Shown one piece after another: positions 27,231 to 36,526 of a stretch of DNA of 64,000 bases. The position numbers and the translations under genes were made by a program. The notes below the pieces were generated by a model. It had not been told where the DNA came from and did not search any database. It saw only the letters and a program-made list of their open reading frames with translations. The stretch is from an uncultured Bordetella sp. (lineage in GTDB: Bacteria > Pseudomonadota > Gammaproteobacteria > Burkholderiales > SG8-41). Location: NCBI GenBank assembly GCA_964433345.1, contig CAYSQJ010000001.1, positions 100,499 to 164,498 of the forward strand. Reading direction: 5' to 3'. Position 1 is the first letter of the stretch. Each line of letters begins with the position of its first letter.

Positions 27231-28082
27231 TCAGCGGCCCAGGCGAAAGTCGAACTCCACACTGTGAAAGGGCAGCGGCAGCCGGTAGCGCTGCGCCAGC
27301 TGCGGATCGCTGTCCATGCGCGGATTCACCAGCAGTGACTCGCGCACGCCGAACACCGCATCTTCGTCGATGTAGCGGTCGTCGGCAAAAAACACTTCCG
27401 TGGTCAGCGCGCGGAAACCCTCGGCGCTGACTATGAAATGGAAATGCGCGGGTCGCCAGGCATGACGGCCGCCGGCGCGCAGCAGCTCGCCGACGGGGCC
27501 GTCGTAGGGCACGGTGTACGGCGCCGGGCGCACGGTGGTGAAGGCATAGGCACCGTCGTCGCCGGTGATCATGCGGAAGCGCAGGTTCTCCGGATCCTGC
27601 TCCGGGTCCTGCTGCCAGTACTTGCCGTTGACCGCGGCCTGCCAGAAGTCGAGCCGGGCCCGCGGGATCGGCCGACCTGCGGCATCGAGCACGCGGCCCC
27701 GCACCAGCATCGGCTCGCCTGCGTTGTCGTGCTTCAGGTCGCCGCCGACTTCCAGCAGCGGCGAACCTTCGGCATGGAAGGGGCCCAGCGCGCTGCGTTC
27801 GGTGGCGCCGGCACCGCTGGCCAGCAGATCGACCAATGAGGACAGTCCGGTGATGTCGGACAGCAGCACGAACTCGTTGCGCGCATCGGTGGAGATTTTT
27901 CCGGCGGCATGGAGGAAGGCGATGCCGCGCTGCCATTCCTCCGGCGTCAGTTTCACCTCGCGCGCGAAGGCATGCAGGTGTTCGACCAGACCCGCGACGA
28001 TTTCTCGCAGCCGCGGATCTGCGGCGCCGTCGAAGGAGCGGACGACGGCCTGGGTGATGTTGCCGGCGTTGACGTTTCTCAT
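27231..28082 (-). CDS. Intradiol ring-cleavage dioxygenase family protein (catechol/hydroxyquinol 1,2-dioxygenase-like), atypical ligand set
   Basis: Aligns by eye along its length with CatA: GPFH (vs GPLY), NGKYWQQD, RPAHFHFIVSAEGF, LTTEVFFADDRY, EFDFRL. Confidence 0.8.
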   Translation of the reverse strand: MRNVNAGNITQAVVRSFDGAADPRLREIVAGLVEHLHAFAREVKLTPEEWQRGIAFLHAAGKISTDARNEFVLLSDITGLSSLVDLLASGAGATERSALGPFHAEGSPLLEVGGDLKHDNAGEPMLVRGRVLDAAGRPIPRARLDFWQAAVNGKYWQQDPEQDPENLRFRMITGDDGAYAFTTVRPAPYTVPYDGPVGELLRAGGRHAWRPAHFHFIVSAEGFRALTTEVFFADDRYIDEDAVFGVRESLLVNPRMDSDPQLAQRYRLPLPFHSVEFDFRLGR

Positions 28083-28089
28083 CGCCCGC

Positions 28090-29061
28090 TCAATCGACGC
28101 GGGCGCCGGACTGCTTGACGATCTGCGCGTATTTTTCGACCTCGTTGCGCAACCGTTTGGCGAATTCGGCCGGCGTGTTGGGCGCGAATTCCAGCGACAG
28201 CGCGGCGAGGCGCTGCTTTGCCGCCGGCGACTGCAGCGACGCGCTGAAGTCGCGGTTGACCTGGTTCACCACGGCTGCGGGAATGCCCGCCGGCGCGAAT
28301 ACCGAGAACCAGGTGTAGTCGTCAAAGCCGGGGAATCCGGATTCCGCAACCGTGGGCACCTCGGGCAGCACCGCCGAACGTTTCGCGGTGGTCACTGCTA
28401 TCGGGCGCAGGCGTCCGCTTTTCACATGGGGCACTGCAGGCGGCATCGAGGTCGAACCCACCGGCACCTGGTTGGCGACCACCGCGGTCGCCGCTGCTGC
28501 CGGGCTGTACGGCACGTGGGTGATGTCGACCTTGGCCAGGGTCTTGAACAGCAGCTCCATGTCGAGGTGCGGCGTGGTGCCGGTGCCCGAGGAGCCGTAG
28601 CTGAGCGGCTTGGTCTTTGCCAGCGCGATCAGTTCCTGCAGCGTTTTCGCCGGCAGCGAAGGATGTACCGTGATCAGGTTCGGCGTGGTCGGTCCCTGCA
28701 GGATGGGCACGATGTCCTTCATCGTATAACCCGGCTTGCTGTAGAGACTGACGTTGACCGCGATCGCCGAACTGTTCATGAACAGCGTGTGGCCGTCGGG
28801 GTTGGCGCGCAGCGCGACCTGGGTGCCGATGTTGCCGGAAGCCCCCGGCCGGTTGTCGATGATCACGTTCTGGCCCCAGAGCTCGGTCAGGCGTTCGCCG
28901 ACCACGCGCGCGACGATATCGGTCGAGCTGCCGGGCGGGAAGGCGACGATGATGCGTACCGGCTTGGTCGGAAACTTCGCACTGCTCTGGGCTGCTGCGG
29001 GAACTGCGGCAGCAAGCATGGAGAATGCTAATAAGTACTTGATTTTATTGATATTTTTCAT
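28090..29061 (-). CDS. Bug-family (TctC-like) substrate-binding protein, no. 2
   Basis: FPTKPVRIIVAFPPGSSTDIVARVVGERL; GGAGGAG ribosome-binding site. Confidence 0.9.
   Translation of the reverse strand: MKNINKIKYLLAFSMLAAAVPAAAQSSAKFPTKPVRIIVAFPPGSSTDIVARVVGERLTELWGQNVIIDNRPGASGNIGTQVALRANPDGHTLFMNSSAIAVNVSLYSKPGYTMKDIVPILQGPTTPNLITVHPSLPAKTLQELIALAKTKPLSYGSSGTGTTPHLDMELLFKTLAKVDITHVPYSPAAAATAVVANQVPVGSTSMPPAVPHVKSGRLRPIAVTTAKRSAVLPEVPTVAESGFPGFDDYTWFSVFAPAGIPAAVVNQVNRDFSASLQSPAAKQRLAALSLEFAPNTPAEFAKRLRNEVEKYAQIVKQSGARVD
29039..29058. repeat. AT-rich 20-bp element, copy c (TTGATTTTATTGATATTTTT), preceded by TAAGTAC
   Basis: Lies within codons 2-8 of Bug no. 2, which begins MKNINKIKYL. Confidence 0.65.
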
Positions 29062-29170
29062 AACTCCTCCCGGTGCGCGGCAGCGGACTGCCGCCGCGTT
29101 GCGCCATCCTAGCCGACGGCCGCCGGAAAGAGAATCACCATCAGCATGCGCCGGCCGCCGGCGCGTCCCT

Positions 29171-30082
29171 TTAGCCCTTCATCGCGGCGAGTGTCCGCGA
29201 TTCGCGGGCGGTGATGGCTTCGTAGCGGCGGAGCAGGCGCTCGGCACGGACGATCACCGGTATATCGATCATCTTGCCGTCGACGGCGAAGGAGCCGCGC
29301 CCCGCGGCCTGGGCCTCACGGTCGAGCGCGATGATTTTCCGCGCGTATTCCACTTCCTCCGCGGCCGGCTTGTATTCCTCGTTGACGATGGTGACCTGGC
29401 CTGGGTGGATGCAACCGGCGCCCATGAAGCCGAAATCGCGCGAGCGGCGCACCATGGCGCTGAATTTCTCCCAGTCGCCGAAACCGGCGACGCTGTCGAT
29501 GAAACCCAGCGGCGTGATGCCGGCGGCGTTGGCGGCGATGATCATGTGCTGCTTGGGATAGAACAGCGCCTCGCCGCTGGGCTGCATGTTGCAGTTCAGC
29601 GCGAAGTCTTCGCCGCCGATGTTGCAGGCGATGATGCGGCTGCTGGCGGTGGTGATCTCGCGTATTTTGAAAAACGCTTCCGGCGTCTCGATCATGGTGA
29701 TGAACCTGGTGTGGCCGACGACCATGCCGCGTTTCTGTTCGAGTTCGCTGACCAGCTCATCGAGTAGCTGCAGGTGCGACACGCCGGTGGCCTTGGTCAC
29801 CGCGATGCCGTCGACGTCGGGGCACACCGAATGCTCGATGTCGCGCACTGCCATCGACAGCGGCTGGTTGATGCGCACGACGACATCGGCGCCGCCGCGA
29901 CGCACGCGCGCGGCGTTTTTCTCGACCAGTTTGCGCGCGTTGGCCTTCTCGGCGGGCGGCACGCTGTCCTCGATGTCGAGCTGGATCACGTCGGCGCCGC
30001 GGGTATGCGCCTTGTCGACGTACTTCTCGACATTGACCGGGACGTACATCAGCGAACGCCAGACGGGAAGTTCACGATACAT
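29171..30082 (-). CDS. HpcH/HpaI-family CitE-like acyl-CoA lyase (citramalyl-/malyl-CoA lyase type)
   Basis: RSLMYVPVN...ADVIQLDIEDSV and an overall citrate lyase beta-like pattern. Confidence 0.8.
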   Translation of the reverse strand: MYRELPVWRSLMYVPVNVEKYVDKAHTRGADVIQLDIEDSVPPAEKANARKLVEKNAARVRRGGADVVVRINQPLSMAVRDIEHSVCPDVDGIAVTKATGVSHLQLLDELVSELEQKRGMVVGHTRFITMIETPEAFFKIREITTASSRIIACNIGGEDFALNCNMQPSGEALFYPKQHMIIAANAAGITPLGFIDSVAGFGDWEKFSAMVRRSRDFGFMGAGCIHPGQVTIVNEEYKPAAEEVEYARKIIALDREAQAAGRGSFAVDGKMIDIPVIVRAERLLRRYEAITARESRTLAAMKG

Positions 30083-30133
30083 GGCTGGATCCTTTGCGGT
30101 GGTTGCGGATGCGAATGCGGCTGCGCCGCGGAA

Positions 30134-31384
30134 TCATTCCCCGCCGGCAGGCGGGGCATCGCCTGTGCAGGCCACGCCGGTCTCAAGCAGACGGCGGTAG
30201 GTCGCCTCGTCGATACCGATTTCACCGAGCAGGGTTTCGTTGTGTTCGCCGAGTTGCGGCGCCGGTGCGCGGATGGCGCCCGGCGTGCCCGACAGCCGCG
30301 GCACGACATGATGCATCGGGAAGCTGTCCATGTCCTCGTCCGGGTAGTCGGCAAGGATTTCGCGGGCCCTGAAATGCGGATCCTCGAGGATCTGCCGAAT
30401 GTCGTAAATCGGACCGATGGTGACTTCGGCTTCTTCGAAAAAGGCGACGTTCTCGGCCTGGGTGCGCTGCGCGATGAATTTGCCGATCACTGCATCGAGC
30501 TCTTCGGCGTGCTTCACGCGCTCCTCGTTGGTGGCATAGCGCGGATCAGTGATGAACTCGGGATGGCCTATCGAGCGGAACAGGCGTTCGGCCATTTTCT
30601 GCGTCGACGAGGACAGGCAGACGTAGAGTCCATCCTTGCATTGGTAGGCGTTGCGCGGCCCGGCATTGGTCGAACGGCTGCCGGTGCGCGGCTTGACCTT
30701 GCCGGTAAGCCGGTAGTTGGCGGCCTGCGGGCCGAGTACCGCGAACAGCGGATCGAGCAGTGGCAGGTCAATGACCTGGCCCTGGCCGCCCCTGACTTCA
30801 ACTTCGCGCAGTGCTGTCATCGCCGCCGCGGCGCCGCAGAGCCCGGCCATGCTGTCGGCAAGGTACATCGGCGGCAATACCGGTTCGCGGTCGGCGAAGC
30901 CGTTGAACGACGCGAAGCCCGACATGCCCTCGACCAGCGTGCCGAAGCCAGGGCGTTTGCTGTAGGGACCGTCCTGGCCCCAGCCGGAAATGCGCACGAT
31001 CACCAGCTTCGGGTTGATCTGCAGCAGAACGTCGGGGCCGAGTCCCATTTTTTCCAGGGTGCCCGGGCGGAAGCTTTCGATGAACATCTGCGCGGAAGGA
31101 AGGAGTTTCTTCAGCAGCTCGCGCGCTTCCGGCTTGCGCAGTTCAAGTCCGAGACTCTTCTTGCTGCGCGCGTAGATTTTCCAGTTGGTCTGGACGTCCT
31201 TCGTTTTCCAGGCGCGCAGCGTGTCGCCCGCCGGCGGCTCGACCTTGATCACCTCGGCGCCGAAATCCGCAAGGAACTGGGTCAGCGTGTTGCCGGCGAC
31301 CAGCCGCGACAGGTCGAGAACGCGCACGCCGGACAGCGTGCCGCGTACGTCCGGGGCGTAATGCCCCCGGGGGAGATCCGTCAT
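30134..31384 (-). CDS. Family III CoA-transferase
   Basis: VRVLDLSRLVAGNTLTQFLADFGAEVIKVEP. The start is trimmed to ATG 31384, which forms an ATGA overlap with the stop of Bug no. 3. Confidence 0.85.
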   Translation of the reverse strand: MTDLPRGHYAPDVRGTLSGVRVLDLSRLVAGNTLTQFLADFGAEVIKVEPPAGDTLRAWKTKDVQTNWKIYARSKKSLGLELRKPEARELLKKLLPSAQMFIESFRPGTLEKMGLGPDVLLQINPKLVIVRISGWGQDGPYSKRPGFGTLVEGMSGFASFNGFADREPVLPPMYLADSMAGLCGAAAAMTALREVEVRGGQGQVIDLPLLDPLFAVLGPQAANYRLTGKVKPRTGSRSTNAGPRNAYQCKDGLYVCLSSSTQKMAERLFRSIGHPEFITDPRYATNEERVKHAEELDAVIGKFIAQRTQAENVAFFEEAEVTIGPIYDIRQILEDPHFRAREILADYPDEDMDSFPMHHVVPRLSGTPGAIRAPAPQLGEHNETLLGEIGIDEATYRRLLETGVACTGDAPPAGGE

Positions 31385-32346
31385 TCCGGCTTGATGCCGG
31401 AGTCCTGCGCGACCTTGCGCCAGCGAGTGATCTCGTTGGCGATGAATTTGGTGAACTGTTCGCGCGACATCACGCTGGGCTCCGAACCTTCGCCAGCGAA
31501 TTTTTTCTTCAGGTCCGGCGACTGCAAGGCCTTGGTCAGCTCGGCGGCAAGACGGTCGAGGATGGCCACCGGTGTCTTGGCCGGCGCGGCAAGGCCCCAC
31601 CAGAACTCGGCCATGTACCCGGGAACGCCGGACTCGGCGATGGTCGGCAGGTCCGGCATGAACGATGAACGCTTCTCGCTGCCCACCGCCAGCGCCTTCA
31701 GGCGGCCTGCCTGCACCTGGCCCATTGCCGAGGGCAGGCTGGTCATCACCAGCTGGGTGTGACCGCCCATCAGGTCGGTCAGCGCCGGTGCGACGCCCTT
31801 GTACGGCACGTGGACTATGTTGACGCCGGCCATGCGCTTGAACAACTCCGTTGCCAGGTGGTTATGGCCGCCGGTGCCGGTCGAGCCGTAATTGATCTGG
31901 CCCGGCTTGGATTTGGCCAGCGCGATCAGTTCGCGCAGGTTTTTCACCGGGAGCGAGGGATGCACCACCGCGAGCAGCGGGCCGCGGGCCATCATGCCGA
32001 TGTAGGCGAAATCGTTCAGCGGGTCGTAAGCCATTTTGGTGCGCAGCGCGGCGTTGGCGGTGAACGAGGCCTGGACGTTGACGATGGAATAGCCGTCGGG
32101 CGCCGACTTGGCGACGTTGTCGGCGCCGATCATGCCGCCGGCACCACCGCGGTTGTCGATGACAATCTGCTGGCCGAGACCGGGAGCCATTGCCTGTGCC
32201 GTGATGCGCGTCAGCACATCGTTGCTGCCGCCGGGCGGATAGGGCACAACGAAGCGGATGGGCTTGGACGGCCAGGCCTGGGCTCCGGCAGTGGTGGCTG
32301 CTGCGGCGAGCAGCAGCGCGGCGATCACGCGAATGGAAGTGTTCAT
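31381..32346 (-). CDS. Bug-family (TctC-like) substrate-binding protein, no. 3
   Basis: WPSKPIRFVVPYPPGGSNDVLTRITAQAM; signal peptide MNTSIRVIAALLLAAAATTAGAQA. Confidence 0.9.
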   Translation of the reverse strand: MNTSIRVIAALLLAAAATTAGAQAWPSKPIRFVVPYPPGGSNDVLTRITAQAMAPGLGQQIVIDNRGGAGGMIGADNVAKSAPDGYSIVNVQASFTANAALRTKMAYDPLNDFAYIGMMARGPLLAVVHPSLPVKNLRELIALAKSKPGQINYGSTGTGGHNHLATELFKRMAGVNIVHVPYKGVAPALTDLMGGHTQLVMTSLPSAMGQVQAGRLKALAVGSEKRSSFMPDLPTIAESGVPGYMAEFWWGLAAPAKTPVAILDRLAAELTKALQSPDLKKKFAGEGSEPSVMSREQFTKFIANEITRWRKVAQDSGIKPE

Positions 32347-32423
32347 GGGGCTCTCCTTGGGTCATGCCGCGTGGCGCGGCCCGTCCGGTATTGCACCGCC
32401 GGACGCAACGGGGTGTCAGGGGT

Positions 32424-33239
32424 CTAGCGGAATTCCATGCCGTTGGCGATCTGTCGTTCGACCAGCCGCGATTCGTTGCGCAGCAGGGTCGCCAGTTCCT
32501 GCACGCGGCGATCGGCCATGCGGCTGGAGATCGCGGAAATCGACAATGCCGCGAAGGGCATGCCGCTCTGGTTGCGCAGCACATGGCCGATGGAACGCAC
32601 GCCGGCCAGCGTCGGTGTTTCGCGCACGGCGTAGCCGAGCTTCTGTGCCTTGCGCGCCTGCGACAGCAGCGAAGGGCCGTTCAGGCCGTGTTCGGACAGC
32701 CGCGGCTCGTTGCTGGCGATGATGCCGCGGATCTCGTCCTCGGGCAGTGCCGCGAGTATCGCCAGGCTGCCGGTGCCCACGCCCAGCGGCTTGCGCATGC
32801 CGACTTCAAGGGTGAAGGTCTTGATCGGGAAGGTGCCTTCGCGGCGGTCGATACAAACCGAGTCGAGGCCACTCCTCTGGGTCAGGAACACCGTGTCGCC
32901 GGTGGCCTCGGCGATGCGCGTCATTGCCGGATGGCAGATCTCGCGCAGATTGAAGCGAGGCGCCGCAGTCAGCCCGAGCTCGAAGGCCATCGGACCGAGG
33001 AAATAGCGGTGGGTCTCCGAATCCTGCTGCACCATGCCCTCGTGGGCCAGGCATTTCAGCATGCGGTGCACGGTTGGCCGTTGCAGGTTGGTGCGCGTGG
33101 CGAGATCGAGCAGGCGGGAGCCGGAGCGGTTGTGCGCGGCGATCTCCCGGAGCAGGAGCAGAGCGCGTTCGATGCTCTGGGTTCCGGTCAGACGGCCCTG
33201 ATTGTCGTCGGCGGGGTTTTTCGCGGGAGCCATAGGCAT
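32424..33239 (-). CDS. IclR-family transcriptional regulator
   Basis: SIERALLLLREIA...LLDLATRTNLQRPTVHRMLKCL winged HTH plus an IclR effector domain. The start is trimmed to ATG 33239. Confidence 0.85.
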   Translation of the reverse strand: MPMAPAKNPADDNQGRLTGTQSIERALLLLREIAAHNRSGSRLLDLATRTNLQRPTVHRMLKCLAHEGMVQQDSETHRYFLGPMAFELGLTAAPRFNLREICHPAMTRIAEATGDTVFLTQRSGLDSVCIDRREGTFPIKTFTLEVGMRKPLGVGTGSLAILAALPEDEIRGIIASNEPRLSEHGLNGPSLLSQARKAQKLGYAVRETPTLAGVRSIGHVLRNQSGMPFAALSISAISSRMADRRVQELATLLRNESRLVERQIANGMEFR

Positions 33240-33455
33240 TAGTCCGAATCGTGAGACTGGGGAACCGGGATTATGCCACCGCGCCCGCTCTGGCGGAATA
33301 GCCCTCCCTGTGGTATCTTTTTTTCCGCTGTTTTCAATCAAAATTTCCGATTCGTCCAGATTCCGGACCACTGCCCCGGCAGTGGCCTGCGTCTCCGGGC
33401 GTTCGCGTGCCGGCAACGCCAGGCGTTGTCACGGCCTTCTGACAGGAGCCCTGCC

Positions 33456-34340
33456 ATGACCGTTTCCATGACCCCCGGTGCGAAGTTCCGGGCCGCTGTT
33501 GCCGCCGAAAAGCCGCTGCAGATTGTCGGCGCCATCAATGCCTACCATGCGCGGCTTGCCCAGCGCAGCGGCTTCAAGGCGATCTACCTCTCCGGTGGTG
33601 GCGTGGCGGCGGGCTCGCTGGGTGTTCCCGATCTCGCGATCAGCACGCTGGATGACGTGCTGACCGACGTGCGCCGCATCACCGATGTCTGTGACCTGCC
33701 GCTGCTGGTCGACGTCGACACCGGTTTCGGCGGCGCCTTCAACATTGCGCGCACCGTGAAATCGCTGATCAAGTTCGGCGCGGCGGCGATGCACATCGAG
33801 GACCAGGTGATGCAGAAACGCTGCGGCCACCGACCGAACAAGGAAATCGTCAGCAAGGAAGAGATGGTCGACCGTATCAAGGCTTCCGCCGACGCCAAGA
33901 CCGATGCCAATTTCGTGATCATCGCGCGCACCGATTCGCTGGCGGTGGAAGGGCTGGACGCCGCGGTCGAACGCGCGGTGGCCTGCGTCGAGGCCGGCGC
34001 CGACATGATTTTCCCGGAGGCGATCACCGAGCTGTCGGAATACAAGAAGTTTGCCGACGCGGTGAAGGTGCCGATCCTCGCCAACATCACCGAGTTCGGC
34101 AAGACGCCCTTGTTCACGACCCAGGAACTGGCCAGTGCCAATGTCGCGATGGCGCTGTATCCGCTGTCAGCCTGGCGCGCGGCGAATGCCGCGGCGCTGA
34201 AGGTTTACCAGAGCATCCGCAAGGAAGGCCACCAGAAGAACGTGGTTGACCTGATGCAGTCGCGCGACGATCTCTACGACTATCTCGATTACCACTCGTA
34301 CGAGCAGAAACTCGACGCGCTGTTCAAGCGTGACAAGTAA
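33456..34340 (+). CDS. prpB: 2-methylisocitrate lyase
   Basis: Near-collinear with E. coli PrpB as I recall it, including [21 protein letters not shown] and [20 protein letters not shown] lies 8 nt before ATG 33456. Confidence 0.88.
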   Translation: MTVSMTPGAKFRAAVAAEKPLQIVGAINAYHARLAQRSGFKAIYLSGGGVAAGSLGVPDLAISTLDDVLTDVRRITDVCDLPLLVDVDTGFGGAFNIARTVKSLIKFGAAAMHIEDQVMQKRCGHRPNKEIVSKEEMVDRIKASADAKTDANFVIIARTDSLAVEGLDAAVERAVACVEAGADMIFPEAITELSEYKKFADAVKVPILANITEFGKTPLFTTQELASANVAMALYPLSAWRAANAAALKVYQSIRKEGHQKNVVDLMQSRDDLYDYLDYHSYEQKLDALFKRDK

Positions 34341-34397
34341 GAAGCAGGCAAGAAGTTCGGATTCCTTGAACACCATTATCGTTGGGAGCACCAGGCA

Positions 34398-35390
34398 ATG
34401 ACCGGTATCTTGCTGTCCAAAGGGTTCGTGGCGCAGTTCGGCGAACAGTTACAGGCTGCGGCAAAGGCCGCCGGCATTAAGCCGGAGATCATCCATCTGC
34501 CGGATGATGCGTCGCAGCGTCTCGCACCGGAGCAGGCCGCGAAGGTCGAGATCGCCTACCTGACACGCGACATCCGCTTTTCCGATCTGTATGCCAGCTA
34601 CGGCGATACGATGAAGGCGGCTACCGGCCTGAAATGGGCGCATTTTGTCAGCACCGGCATCGACCAGCATCCCTTCCTGCCGGCCTTGCACGAGCGCAAG
34701 GTCAGGCTGACCACCTCGGCCGGCACCAACGGCGAGCCGGTCGGGCAGACGGCGGTCTGCGGCCTGCTGATGCTGGCCCGCGGTTTCCCGCGCTGGATTA
34801 CAGCCCAGCGCGAGCACAAGTGGGATCCGGTGCGCGGCGCCGCCGTGCCGCGCGACCTGCGCGGCCAGACCGTGATCATTGTCGGTCTCGGCACCATCGG
34901 AGCGACGGTGGCGAAGATGTGCCAGGCGCTGGAGATGAAGGTGATCGGCCTGCGCCGCAGTCCGAAACGCGAGGGCGATCCGGTTGATGAAATGCACACG
35001 CTGGACAGGCTGCCGTCCCTGTTGCCGTCCTGCGACTGGCTGGTGCTGGCCTGTCCCTATACCAAGGAAACCCACCAGCTGGTCAATGCCAAAACGCTGG
35101 CGCTGATGCCGAAACACGCCCACCTGGTCAATGTTGCCCGCGGCGCGGTGTGTGATGAAAAGGCGCTGATCGCGGCGCTGCAATCGAAGCAGATTGCCGG
35201 CGCCTACCTCGACGTGTTCGAGAAGGAGCCGCTGCCCACCGATTCGCCGTTGTGGGACATCCCCAATGTCATCGTCTCGCCGCACAATGCTTCGGCGTCG
35301 GCTGGCAATGACGACCGCGCTGCACGGGTGTTTACCGAGAACCTCAAGCTCTACGCGGCCGGCAAACCGATGCTCAACGAACAGGGCTGA
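34398..35390 (+). CDS. D-isomer-specific 2-hydroxyacid dehydrogenase (NAD-binding)
   Basis: GQTVIIVGLGTIGATVAKM Rossmann motif and the ARG...D and SPH catalytic-region motifs. Confidence 0.8.
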   Translation: MTGILLSKGFVAQFGEQLQAAAKAAGIKPEIIHLPDDASQRLAPEQAAKVEIAYLTRDIRFSDLYASYGDTMKAATGLKWAHFVSTGIDQHPFLPALHERKVRLTTSAGTNGEPVGQTAVCGLLMLARGFPRWITAQREHKWDPVRGAAVPRDLRGQTVIIVGLGTIGATVAKMCQALEMKVIGLRRSPKREGDPVDEMHTLDRLPSLLPSCDWLVLACPYTKETHQLVNAKTLALMPKHAHLVNVARGAVCDEKALIAALQSKQIAGAYLDVFEKEPLPTDSPLWDIPNVIVSPHNASASAGNDDRAARVFTENLKLYAAGKPMLNEQG

Positions 35391-35396
35391 ACGGGC

Positions 35397-35567
35397 GTGA
35401 AGAAGTGGCAGTGCATCCTCTGCAACTTCATCTATGACGAAGCCGCCGGGCTGCCCGACGAGGGCATCCCGCCGGGCACGCGCTGGGAAGACGTGCCCGC
35501 CGACTGGACCTGCCCCTACTGCGGCGCGACCAAGGCGGACTTCGACATGATCGTCATCTCCTCCTGA
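35397..35567 (+). CDS. Rubredoxin (56 aa; absent from the supplied ORF track)
   Basis: The GTG start gives VKKWQCILCNFIYDEAAGLPDEGIPPGTRWEDVPADWTCPYCGATKADFDMIVISS, with two CxxC pairs and the conserved W/Y/F pattern of rubredoxins. Confidence 0.85.
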   Translation: MKKWQCILCNFIYDEAAGLPDEGIPPGTRWEDVPADWTCPYCGATKADFDMIVISS

Positions 35568-35583
35568 GCCCTGCGGTCGACGA

Positions 35584-36351
<768 letters not shown>

Positions 36352-36526
36352 GCGGGACCTCGGTTTCAGGTGATGGGTTCGGCAAACCCCGGATTCTAAG
36401 GCTTGCGCCGCTCCGGCCTTTGCCACAGGCCGTGCGGCAGCCCGGCCGCGGGTGGCGACGGGTGGGCTAAGCGGTTAAAATGCAAGGCCTTTTTCGGTGC
36501 CAGTCGCCCCGCGCGACATCGCTGCC

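Noticed and set aside
30134-31600. Long N-terminal extensions of track ORFs (30134-31600; likewise 32424-33416, 33273-34340, 55540-56877, 57634-59649, 44701-46635, 1139-2773)
   Set aside because: The extensions are Arg/Pro-rich, overlap neighbouring genes, and precede internal ATGs that have ribosome-binding sites, signal peptides or the conserved family N-termini. I trimmed the starts accordingly.
33294-33365. Repeated TTCCG / CGGAA pentamers in the IclR-prpB divergent region as a possible IclR operator
   Set aside because: The pentamers are short, irregularly spaced (22 and 16 nt) and not part of a clear palindrome, so they cannot be distinguished from chance.
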